A stretch of DNA of 64,000 nt. Origin: Asterias rubens. Taxonomy: Eukaryota. The stretch covers positions 12,214,001 to 12,278,000 of the forward strand of contig NC_047063.1 in the NCBI RefSeq assembly GCF_902459465.1, written 5' to 3'. Shown in pieces: positions 47,157 to 58,853 of the stretch. Position numbers and translations under genes: made by a program. The notes beneath the pieces were generated by a model. That model was not told the DNA's origin and made no database searches. It saw nothing but the letters and a program-made list of their open reading frames with translations. The stretch's first letter is position 1; every line of letters begins with the position of its first letter.

Positions 47157-49671
47157 GTACGTTCAACAGCTAGCCCCATTCATTTACACACAGTACACGC
47201 GCAGAGAGCCAGCAAACTAAAAAAAAAAATACACACATAGTGAATTTACGTGCGATATAATACAACTAAACATGGAACAACGCTGAGGATTTATTGTAAA
47301 TATTTTCTTCGGAATTACCAACCATTTTTCATGCCCTACCCACCCCATTGATTGACTAGCAACATGGATAATTTTCGGACGGGTAAATATTGCTTTTCAT
47401 TTTTATTGCTTGTAGTGGTCTGTGGTTTTTGGTTGTCGTTTTGAGGTGTGCTCTGGAAATTTGTCTTTTAAAAATGCCATTTTCAGTGTATTTTTAGACG
47501 GCTTGTGTGGTGGCGTTGTTTTACGTACGTTTGTGTATGCCACCACGGCGCGTGCCACTATGGAAGTAATTTACTGTGTTTTTTTGATAGGAGCTGGGCT
47601 GACAATACACGGTCTGTTGACGATTTGGCCATGCATGATGACCTATTGTATATTTCACTATACTCCAAATGGTGGGGAATTTTAAGGCTTGTGGTGGACG
47701 TGTTCTATAACAATCCCATTGTTGCACAATTGGATTGCTTGCTCTTTTTTCTCGTCCCTCATCATTCTTTTATTTGCTTGAAATCCCACACGACTGGGAT
47801 GCAGGACCTACTTGCTACCGTGCTACACACACTACACATGCTGTATTACTTAGATTTCAAAGATGCTGTTTTATGTTTGCATCTTAAAATTATGCATCAA
47901 TTGATGAACCATCAGCATTATTTGCTGAAACATTTTCTTTCTTTTTTCTTGTAGTCTGTCTATTTTAGTTTTATTTTAATAAATTAGTTTAAGAATATAT
48001 CCACTTACACATAATCAATGCATTTATGCATTGATCCCCTTGAAAATATTGTGGTACCGTGGGCTCAAACTATGCTAGTACTCGGAAGGGAATTTTGTTT
48101 GAATATTCAGTCTGCAATATTATTATTTTTCTTTTAAGTGAAATTATTAAGTAAAATTACTTTGTTTGAAAGAAATAATATATTTATTGAATTATATTTG
48201 ATTGATTGATTATATTACTGTAAAAACAAACATCAAAGTGAGAAGAATGGTCTGGTTTTGTAATCAGTGGAACTGATTCCCCATCCCAGTCCCACCCCCA
48301 AAGCAAATAAATTCACTTAAATTTTGTTCCTAATTATTATTATATATAATTTAAACTATATCACTTTTCGTTGTGTGGGGAAAAATAAAATGAATGAATG
48401 AAAGTTTTGCCCCAATAAAAAATACGACACGGATTATTTTTCAGAAACATAATTTGTACACGTTCATCCCTAAGTAATAAATGAATCGTCGCACTAACTG
48501 TACTTGAGTCAGCTAAGGAAATGGTTCCAAATCAATTTTCAGTGATACCTTGAAAAAAATGTTTAGTGGGTGGGGTCTTGAAGGAGGGGGGGTTCAAGCT
48601 GATACAGTTTATCTGTACTTCTTGGAATTTTCCACCGCCCTTTTAATGTGACAAACCCACCTCCTATCGAGACCAAAATGTCCGCAAGATCTCGGTCTCA
48701 GCTAATCCTCAGCTCCAACTAAGTTCCAACCATCTCAATATTTGTCTTCAAAACCGATTCCCTATATGTAAACTGTATGACACGCCGATCGAGTCACAAG
48801 TGAAAATATTGGCACAAATCAAGTTATCCTGTCTCACAGGGTAAGTGGTTGGCCAGGGGTGTTGAATTTCTCGCAATGCCGACCAATCACAGACTCTGTA
48901 TCTTGCTGTCTGACCTAGGACAGGTGTTATGAGCCTTGCCTTCGAGCTCTGGTTGATAGTAGAGCAATTTATTTGGTGGACGTGATGAATTAAGTAATGT
49001 AACAAGAAATTGCAACTTGATAAATAATGATACACCTTCAAATAATTTTTTTTAACATTTTATTATAAATGGGAGCAATCCATGTTATTTTAAGGCAAGG
49101 AGTAAGTGTGAAATGCAGTCCCTCAAGCAGGCCAGCGATCTAAGAAAGCACCAATGCCCCGAGTATTAAATTTAAATGAAAGCAAGATGAAATGGTGGCT
49201 CATTAGACACAAGAATAAATTAAGGTGATACAACCAGAGATAATAAAATAACAGAGCTTGAATTTTTCACTGGACCACTGGCCCAAGGTCAGTGATTCCA
49301 GTGTCGGGGTCAGTAAGCCAATGAAAGGACAAGTCCAAAACTGTCTTATATTTTTTTCTCAATTCAACATCTTTGTCTCAAAAGAGTGATTTTCAGATGT
49401 TGAGTTTGAGTCTCACAAGCATCTTTTAATCCTGCTGAGTACCATACAACAGAATAGATTTAATTTTCTCTTTGTGTTTTATTCAAATAATGAAGATGAT
49501 AAAAATGTATTCATTTTGAGTCTGGTGTCTTCTAATTTTTGATTCTAGTCTTGTAAATAAAATCCCGCTCTAACAAGTCCTGTGGTCTTGTGGATTCCCC
49601 CCCCCCCGAATTCGAGCCCTGAAACATAACAAGTGTGTAATAGTCTTTGATTTTTCTTCTTCTTTGTTCAG

Positions 49672-49987
49672 GGGTAAGTAATAATGTCGCTGCTGCTACA
49701 GCTAGCAGTGGAACATACATCAGCGGGAGCGCAACCACTCCGACCCCGACCACCGCACCCTCTTCAGACCCGTTTACTACCGGTACCGGTACCAAAGCCC
49801 CTCTTAGTTCAGCTTGGAAGACCACGCTGGCGGCCACCACCACGGTCTCCACAATGAATCGGAGAAGGAATACTTATAACAAGAAGAAGCAACACTCAGG
49901 AACTTCGCTGCGCCCGCCGAGGGCGCTGTTTTGCCTTACGTTGGACAACCCGGTGCGGCGGATGTGCATCAGTTTTGTCGAATGGAA
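49672..49987 (+). CDS. CACNA1C/CACNA1D-like: L-type voltage-gated Ca channel alpha-1 (Cav1): internal exon encoding the cytoplasmic N-terminus up to just before IS1
   Basis: Pyrimidine tract plus CAG acceptor at 49671 (phase 1). Encodes ...[61 protein letters not shown]; Cav1.2 has [26 protein letters not shown]. Confidence 0.95.
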
Positions 49988-49996
49988 ATATCCTTT
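49988..49996 (+). other. U12-type (AT-AC) 5' splice site ATATCCTTT; the intron runs past the window end
   Basis: Exact U12 donor consensus directly after GAA TGG AA, where Cav1 homology stops. The in-frame TGA follows 3 codons later. Confidence 0.9.
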
Positions 49997-51273
49997 TTGA
50001 GCCATTCTGAAAAGAGTGTGAAGAATGTGAAGTTTGTTCAAATACATTTTATTATTATGAAATGATGTATAATGTTCATTACTGAAACAAGTGTTTCTTT
50101 ACTACATTGTAAGCCATTGGGACCTTTATATATGACTTTATCAATGGCTGTTGCTGCTGGCAACATTGATCTTTTTTTAAGCTTGCTGTGTTCTAGCCAG
50201 TAACTAAAGCCAAAATTGTTTGAAGGTCTTGCTAATTTTTACAATAATTACTGCATTTAATTGTTAAAAATGGCTGTGGGGATGTATTGCAGACACATGA
50301 ATTCTGCCAAGTAGTTGGTTTTAACGTTTGATCCAGTCAAGAAATCTGCAGCAAAGTTGTAAACATGGAATTGACGGGAAATAGCACACTTCTTAGAAAA
50401 CATTCTTTCCATATTATATTACAAATTTATCTGAGTTTATCTGTGATTGCCACCTGAGAAACAATTCCCTGAAAAGTCACTTTAGTTTTTAATCCAGATT
50501 GAAGCATCAGGTGAAGTAAAAAAGAAAATAAAACAGTTTATGATCATCCTCCAGAGGAGGATGAGCTCCTGTTTATTTATACATATTTTTTTCATGAGGA
50601 GGAAAAGCCAGACTAAATAATATTTGCTGGCTTTGTGGAACTTAGAAGTCTAAAATATGGGTAAGATTAAATAAATTTTCAAAAGAATGGTGTCAAGGTG
50701 AAACACAATTCATAAAAAATTATTATTTGTTTTTTTACAGCATAAGGAAAGGATGAGGGTGGGGACGATCAATCTTTAAAAAAAACTTAAAATACTTGGT
50801 CTAAAATTGCACAAAATTCCTGGCAAAACTGAATAAACTGTTTTTCATTGATAAACCTGACCACCTTAATTTTTTTAAAGTTAAAATATAGTTTATTTTG
50901 TAGCTGATAGATGCTTTTTGTTGAGAACTTAAATACTTCAATGCATTTATACACTGCAAAACAATGGTTTGTCACCCATCCATGTACCCTAAACTGCAAT
51001 TCCTTATTCCTTGTTTACACTTCTGTGACTCACAAAAGAGTAGAAACCATAGAAACAAATTTATTCACAATGAAATTAATCGGGGAACAAGAATGATTTC
51101 GCCCACCAAGTTTGCAAACACCAAATACAGACTGAAGAACGAGTTTTGTGCAGAACGTACATGGGGGGGCCAATATTCATTAGCAAATGATGCTTTTTGA
51201 GTAACAACTGACACATTTTTCATAGAATTTTGCTCTGCTATACAATTGAGGGTAGTTGCCTACTCACTATTAA

Positions 51274-51640
51274 AGGGAAGGTACACTATTGGTAGTTGTC
51301 AAAGACCAGTGTCCTCACTTGGTGTATCTCAACATATGCATAAAATAACAAGCCTGTGAAAATTTGAGCTCAATTGGTCATCAAAGTTGGGAGAAAATGA
51401 TGAAAGAAAAAACACCCTTGTTGGACGAATTTGTGTGCTTTCAGATAGGAATAAAAGACTTCTAGCTAGAAGTCTTTTAATATTTTAGTGAGAAATTACC
51501 TATTTTTAAAAACTACGTTAATTCAGAGGGAGTCGTTTTCCACAATGTTTTATTCTATCAACAGCTTTCCAATGCTAGTTACCAAGTCCGTTTTTAGGTT
51601 AATATTTGTTTTGAGTAATTACCAAACGTGTACCTTCCTT
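51274..51640 (+). mobile_element. MITE family A2 (TIR AGGGAAGGTACAC)
   Basis: TTAA TSDs; interior similar to family A but different TIRs. Confidence 0.85.
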
Positions 51641-52985
51641 TTAACCCAAAGAGGAATGATCTTATAAATATTCTATATAAAACAAAATTACATAGCACAT
51701 GTCACAATTTTAAAAGTGAGCCTTCTGTAAGGCCACATCTGAAAAGAAAAAAAAGTCACCAGTTTAATTAAAACAAAAATTGTACAACGATCTTCCATGT
51801 TCACTGGTATTAATCCCTTATGTAAAGCTATAGCCTTGGCTGTTTGTGGCGCTATATTGCTGTCATGTCTCATCAATGCGCTCTCTCCAATAGATGTAAT
51901 TTGTCCTGTAATTAAAATGACCTTTCCGTCCCATTTCATAAAACATAGTTACCACTATCTCTACATAAATCAAAAATGACTGAGGCCAGTACTCACTGTT
52001 GCTAATTTGTACGCCCACGCATCATCCAAGGAATTAATTAATTCTGAGATGTAGGAATTTCGGAATGTGTTTTCTTTATAATGTCGGAGAACATAGGTTT
52101 ACCACGTATTGCATCTGATTTCCGCTCCTCTATTCTGTAGATTATAGATTATACAAATTATGGGACTAAAAAAAAACAAAAAAACTGTGTTTGTGAAGAT
52201 TTTTTGTTAATTTGTCCAACAAAATCTGTTATCATTTCTTGATGATAACAGAAACCATTTAAGTGTGTCAGATTTAATGAAAATTGCTTAAATAAGTGAA
52301 ATAATCATTGACAGTTTAAAGAAAAATGCACAAAAAGGTATATTCGTCAAAAATACTCTTAAAATATTTTTTTTTCACTTTGAAATAACCTTTTGGATAC
52401 ATGTTATAGACCTACACTGCATTGAGCATTATTCCATACAGTCCAAAATGGTGTGTAGTGAAACTATAAAGACACTCAACTGAAATAACACTCGAAAAAT
52501 AGCACATAAATTATGAATAGCAAGTGTGTTAATAAAAGGAAGCAACTGCACACACATGTGGCACAATGGTAGAGCACACATAAACCTATTGTAATACACA
52601 AGTAAAGCTGTCTGCCGTATTCAGGATTTGTGTACGGAGGGGCGATGCTGTGTAAACCAATGCAGTTAATTGGGTTGTTTTTTATTTTTCCGCTCGGGCT
52701 AACATACTTAGTAGGTGGTCTTAAATTGATTTACATAAAGATGTTTGTGAACATTTTCTTGTAAAAATTTTTCGTCGTTTTGGAGGCTCCAAATGCAATG
52801 TTTACTACAGCGCCAAATACTATGTTTGTTCACACCGGGGTACTTTGTTGTTGGACTAATCGAAAGTGACTACTCACAATAAAACAAAAAGTGAATACTC
52901 ACAAAGTCAAACGTGACAGTTAATGGCAGAAATGAACTTTCAAGTAGATTTTCTTTTAAAAAATAGGGAGAATTGTTTTCCTTAA

Positions 52986-53339
52986 AGGATTTGGGTACTT
53001 TTTCAAAATGTCCATAGATTTACATTAAACTTACAGGGTTTGAAGATAACGACAGTGGAAAGCTTCCCTTCAAATCTTACTTACTGAGGTGCTGTAGTTT
53101 TTGAGAAATGAGTAAAACTATGTCATGAAAATACGTTTGTAAATGATTAAAATAATTTTCGTGTCATGAGACGAAAATTATTTTCATGACATTGTTTTAC
53201 TCATTTACCAAAAACTACAGCACCTCAGCACGCAGTATTTTCAGGGAAGCTTTCTACTATCATAATCTTCAAACTGTGTAAGTTTAGTGTAAATCTGTGG
53301 ACGTTGTGTTTTTTGTCCTACAAAAGTTACATAGACCCT
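52986..53339. mobile_element. Fold-back (palindromic) MITE of family D
   Basis: Arms at about 53010-53133 and 53179-53302 are inverted copies; TTAA TSDs. Confidence 0.9.
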
Positions 53340-55028
53340 TTAAAAAAAGCACTGATCATGTTTTGAAATGAAGGGACAAAAGGAGTGCCAGTCAATATGC
53401 CCAATACTACAATGTAATAAGAACTGTAATCCATCAATAGGAAATTTTTATCGCGCTAAAAGACTCTGTTACAAGATTTTGACACCAAAGTGCACATGAA
53501 AGTGTTTTACAAGACTATTATTTAGATATTAACCACTTAGAGATGTGATTTGACACATAACAACTTTAAACTATTCTAACATGAAAAACAGCCCTTCCAA
53601 AAACTACAATATTTTAAAAATCTACATGACGCCAAATGTTTGACATTACTAGACTTTAAGCCTACATCTTATTTGTCATTCCTGCAAGAAATTATTAACT
53701 TATACATCCACAGTTTACTTCATTATCATGTAATATGTATCTAACTTTCAGTCAATACCCCCTCCCAAACAGCAGCAAAATCTACACATCTCATTTTCTT
53801 CCACTTCTTCATGAGGCAATTGAAGCCATCCATTTCTTCCGTTAGCAAACTTCATCAAAATGCAATCACCAAAAGGAGGAGGGCCCTTAAAGAACGCTGT
53901 CACAGCGAGACCACGACGTGGTTGCTTGCCCTGGTGATTGATGAGTCGTTAATGAGGACTATAACGAAGGACGGTTTATTGCTTTTGTTCGGAGACGCTC
54001 CGTGTAATATTGGCATAGCTTATGATTATATTTTTAGAAAGAGAATGAGTTTTACTTCTGTGATTTGGTAATTATGGAAAAAATGCCAACGCTCAAAAAG
54101 TTACACATCATCCCCCGCACAACTTTTATTCGTAAGCAAATTGTAATTCAAACACCTGAGATTGAAATCAAATGTAAATATGTAGAAGTTTTCAAAGCTT
54201 TGATGATTTCATTTTGAAATTGATCACATGTACCTGTATACTAATGAGGTCACAATGTATACTAAAGAAAGTAGTTTACCGCTGCCTAAAATGTCAAGAA
54301 TGTTCATCGCCTCAGCAGTACCAGCTCAAATTTCTACTTTCTATAAATACATTATGTCGATATAAAAAATTTAAAAAAATTATTTTATTAAAGCACAATC
54401 CAGGTGAATGTGTGTCTGTTTTGTACATCAAAGCCCTCTTAAAAGATATTTGGTTTATTTTTGTACTGAATAATAAAAACTGAACAGTTCCTGGAATGAA
54501 AACTTAAAAGCAGACACTCTGAGGAGAAAGGTGTTCATGCCTGTCAAGTTACATGTAGGTTCATTGTTTTGCTTCCCTCTTAAGTTTCATCTTTTGTACA
54601 TTATGTTTTTGTTGTTTAAGTTTTCCTCTTTAAGAGTTCCTAGACTTAAAAGGTTTCCATTTTTTTCTATTGTCAGGATATTTTAGTTTTCTGTTTATCT
54701 TCTTTTGTTCTTCTTTAAAACTCAAAAAATATTTTAGGTAAAGTAAAAATGCAAAGATTTGCTTTTTTTCTCTTTATTTCCACACACTGTCAATATATAT
54801 ATAAAAAGAACCCCAAACCCATACATTCATTAGCTCAGCCCTGATACTTTGTGGAGGCAACAAATTCAAATTTCCTCCATGGCCCTGGTCATTGGCTTGG
54901 TGCACTTTAATAATAACACTAATAATAATTATATAGTAATAACAAAATAATAATACCCGTAGAGTCTTGACAATCATGACGCGATACAAAACCCTACACA
55001 AATTATAAGAATAAATTGTTCTTGTTCA

Positions 55029-55409
55029 AGGCAGTGGACACTATTGGTAATTTTTACTCAAAATATTTATTGCCATAAAACCTTTCTTGGTGACGAGTAA
55101 TGGGGAGAGGTTGATGGTATAAAACATTGTGAGAAACGGCTCCCTCTGGAGTGCCATAGTTTTCGAGAAAGAAGTAATTTTCCACGAATTTGATTTCGAG
55201 ACCTCAGATTTAGAACTTGAGGTCTCGAAATCAACCATCTAAACGCACACAAGATCGTGTGACAAGGGTTATTTTTCTTTCATTATTATCTCGCAACTTC
55301 GATGACCAATTGAGCTCAAATTTTCACAGGTTTGTTATTTTATGCATATGTTGAGATACACCAACTGTGAAGGCTAGTCTTTGACATTTACCAATAGTGT
55401 CCACTGCCT
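55029..55409 (-). mobile_element. MITE family A, inverted
   Basis: Near-consensus copy on the minus strand. Confidence 0.9.
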
Positions 55410-56813
55410 TTAAAGTTGTGTTTTTCCTCATAGAGATGGCCTTTACTAAGAGAAAACTGCCTTGCCCTTACAAGAAAAATTATACTTGAAAATACTAGAA
55501 AATCACAGCAGAAGTCTGATAGAAAATACAAGGAATATAGTGGTAGCACTTTAAGACTAACTAATAGCTTTTAAAAAAACCTACATGATTGAAATTCGTA
55601 GCAACAACTGCTTCATCAGATGCAATAATGAAGCATCAGACAAACTATCTTTTTGGTGCATAATTAAAAGATTAAGATTAAAAATATTTATTGTCATGAT
55701 AAAAAACCACATGAAATTGTTTTCCCTGTGTAAAGGAGACTATACAATACATACAGGAAAGGCATAGCAACAATAGACAACAAGAATAAAATTACAATTT
55801 ACAGATATTTGTATGTACAAATACAAACATATAAAGATATGGAGAGCATGTAAAAAGTACAAAATAATGTAGAAGAGCAGACTTTTTGTCAATCAGACTC
55901 AAAACGTCTTCTTTGACAGGGAGGAGATCATTTGAGCTTCAGGATATTCCCCTCATTAATTTTAAGGGGAAAAACCCTAAAAGCTCTCAAAGCTTTAATA
56001 GGACATGGACATGACACAGATACACGTAGATTTGGAACTTTGCTCTAATAAAAAAAAGGGATTGAAATGAATATCAAAACCATGTTTTGTACTTTCTTTT
56101 AGCAGTACAGTCCTAATTTGAAACACAATACACAAGTTAGTTTCCTGGATAGATAGCCCATTTAAATCAGTTTGTCCCAGGTCTGGAGTTTCATCTTTGA
56201 GAGGGCAAGGACATTTTCATTTTGAAAAGGGCACTTCCATTAGGAAATCTTAAAATCTCTCCATGGGAAACTTTTGAAGGGGCACCAAGGCCAAGACAAG
56301 GGCAACAGAGGTAGTGTTAAGACCTGAAATTTCAAAACACATGGAGTAGTGTCTGTGAACAAAAAGGTTTTTGAGTTTTCAGATCACACTTGGAAGATCG
56401 AGAAGACGAGAATGTGGATTGTTATTGTTTTAAATCTCTTTGATGTTGGCATGAAAGGGAAATTCAACAAACAAGAAAGTTTCCTTTTATTTATTTTGCT
56501 CTTAAATGAAATCTTCATTCAGAGCGAAGGTTTTAAAAAACTGGTCGCTGAACATTCCGTACTGTTTCGCATTAATGCATGAGTGGTCGAACTAGGTCAC
56601 TAGGAACCTGTTGTTTATAGGTTGTTTATATGTCAAGACAACTTGGTACTGTGAGGGTTAAGAAATATTGAGTTGAGTCTACTTAATACTCGTTTCACCT
56701 CATCCACCTGCTCTACAGTTCATTAGTCATTCAACCTAACCTACATGAGGAAGTTAAAAGTTGAGCAGTACGTACAGACAACATGATTGATATATCTCAG
56801 ACAATGTTCTTAA

Positions 56814-57197
56814 AGACACTGGACACTAAGTTGGTAAAATTGTCAAAGACTAGCTTCCACAGTTGGTGTATCTCAACATATGCATTAAATAACCAACCTG
56901 TGACAATTTGAGCTCAATGGGTCGTCGGAGTTGCGAGATAAAAATGAAAGAAAAAAACACCCTTATCACACGAAGTTGTGTGCTTTCAGATGCTTAATTT
57001 CGAGACCTCAAATTCTAAATCTAAGGTCTCAAAATCAAATTTGTGGAAAATTACTTCTTTCTCGAAAACTACATTACTTCAGGGGGAGCCGTTTTTCACA
57101 ATGTTTTATACCATCAACCTCTCCCCATTACTTGTTACATAAGTAGAGTTTTATGATAATAGTTTTTTGGGGTAATTACCAATAGTGTTCACTGCCT
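56814..57197 (+). mobile_element. MITE family A
   Basis: TTAA TSDs and TIRs. Confidence 0.9.
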
Positions 57198-57539
57198 TTA
57201 ACAATCAGCGTTGTAATGACCTGCATGTTAATTAAGTGACACGTGCATAGTATTAACATGTGGTACAAGTCAACTGTAACATAAATTGATTGGTTTAGAT
57301 GTTTACAGTCTAAACAATAACAATACTCAATTTAGCCTGGAGAAGGTGTGCATTTGCAACATTTGGTAATTATGCCAATATTTTGCCAAATGAAAGGCTT
57401 TTTTTGTAAACATCAGTCATACTTTTACCAGTAAAAACACATCATGTGAGTGGATTCAAGGTAATTTGGCTTAACGAGGTAATTACCTAGTGACTTAACT
57501 TTATAATGAGTCAGGTTACTTATTAGAGACAATTAAAAT

Positions 57540-58268
57540 GTGCATTTAGGGGATCAGGTTGGCTTATTGTTTTTTTTTCCCCATTCACCTCTGAGAAAAT
57601 GTGCATTTAACATTAATGAGATCAGGTTGGCTTGTGGTTTGCTCATTTCATATCAGTGGCCCTGGTTAGAATCCCACCTCTTACTAATAAGTGATAATTT
57701 GTATTAAAGCTATTGGGCACTTTTGGTACAGAAAAACAAAATAAAAGTTCACAGATTTACAAATAACTAACAGGGTTTACAGAAGGTAATGGTGAAATAC
57801 TTCTCTGGAAATGTTATTCCATGAAATGCTTTACTTTTTGAGAAAACATTAAAACAATATCGATTCTCGATATCGAGAAGTACGGATTTATTTTTAACAC
57901 TTGTCATGACACTGCGAAACGTGCGAAAAAATGGTGGGTGTTCCCGTTATTTTCTCCCGACTCCGATGACCAATTGAGCCTAAATTTTCACAGGTTTGTT
58001 ATTTTATATATAGAAGTTGTGATACACGAAGAGTGGGCCTTGGACAATACTGTTTACCGAAAGTGTCCAATGGCTTTAAGTGTTAATAAGACATGTTTAC
58101 CAAGAGGGGTCAGGTTGGCTTATAGTGGTTTGTTCCCTTCATCTCTGTGGACCCTGGTGCGAATCCCACCTCATTTAGCATTTATAAGATACCAGGGAGA
58201 TCAGGTGGGCTTATACAGTGTTGTTTCCCTTTCACCTCTGTGAACCCTGGTGTGAATCCCGGTCAACC
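57540..58268 (+). repeat. Tandem degenerate tRNA/SINE-head-like units interrupted by MITE B
   Basis: tcaggttggctt at about 57554, 57622 and 58110, tcaggtgggctt at 58201; B-box-like ggttagaatcc, ggtgcgaatcc and ggtgtgaatcc. Confidence 0.6.
57708..58075 (-). mobile_element. MITE family B, inverted
   Basis: TTAA TSDs and TIRs. Confidence 0.85.
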
Positions 58269-58418
58269 CCTGCAAATAAGTGTTCATAGTTTTTATAGAG
58301 TTGTAACTTATCAATCAATTAACATAAACCACAAGGGTAGGGTTAACTAATTCAGGATTTTGTTTTTATCCACCCCTCATAACAACAACTTTGAATGAAG
58401 AGTAGTCAAAATTGTCCC

Positions 58419-58853
58419 TTTACGTATGTTTATTAAAGTGAGCCAGACAAAAAGCTTCAATGACATTTTAAAATAGTATCCACTGTATAAGTACATGATG
58501 CATGCACTAAACAAAAACAGATTTTCAGACTGCTGAAATCAACTGAAATGGGGCATAAAACATTTTACGTATGTTTATTAAAGTGAACCAGACAAAAAGC
58601 TTCAATGACATTTTAAAATAGTATCCACTGTATAAGTACATGATGCATGCACTAAACAAAAACAGATTTTCAGACTGCTGAAATCAACTGAAATGGGGCA
58701 TAAAACACTTTACGTATGTTTATTAAAGTGAACCAGACAAAAAGCTTCAATGACATTTTAAAATAGTATCCACTGTATAAGTACATGATGCATGCACTAA
58801 ACAAAAACAGATTTTCAAACTGCTGAAATCAACTGAAATGGGGCATAAAACAA
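58419..58853 (+). repeat. Three near-identical tandem copies of a 145-bp unit
   Basis: tacgtatgtttattaaagtg starts at 58421, 58566 and 58711. Confidence 0.97.

Noticed and set aside
3393-57146. Recurring ORFs such as MCAFRWLISRP... and MVDFETSSSKSEVSK... (3393, 8413, 25934, 41781, 55041, 56931)
   Set aside because: They are chance frames inside non-coding MITE family A copies, with no transposase motifs.
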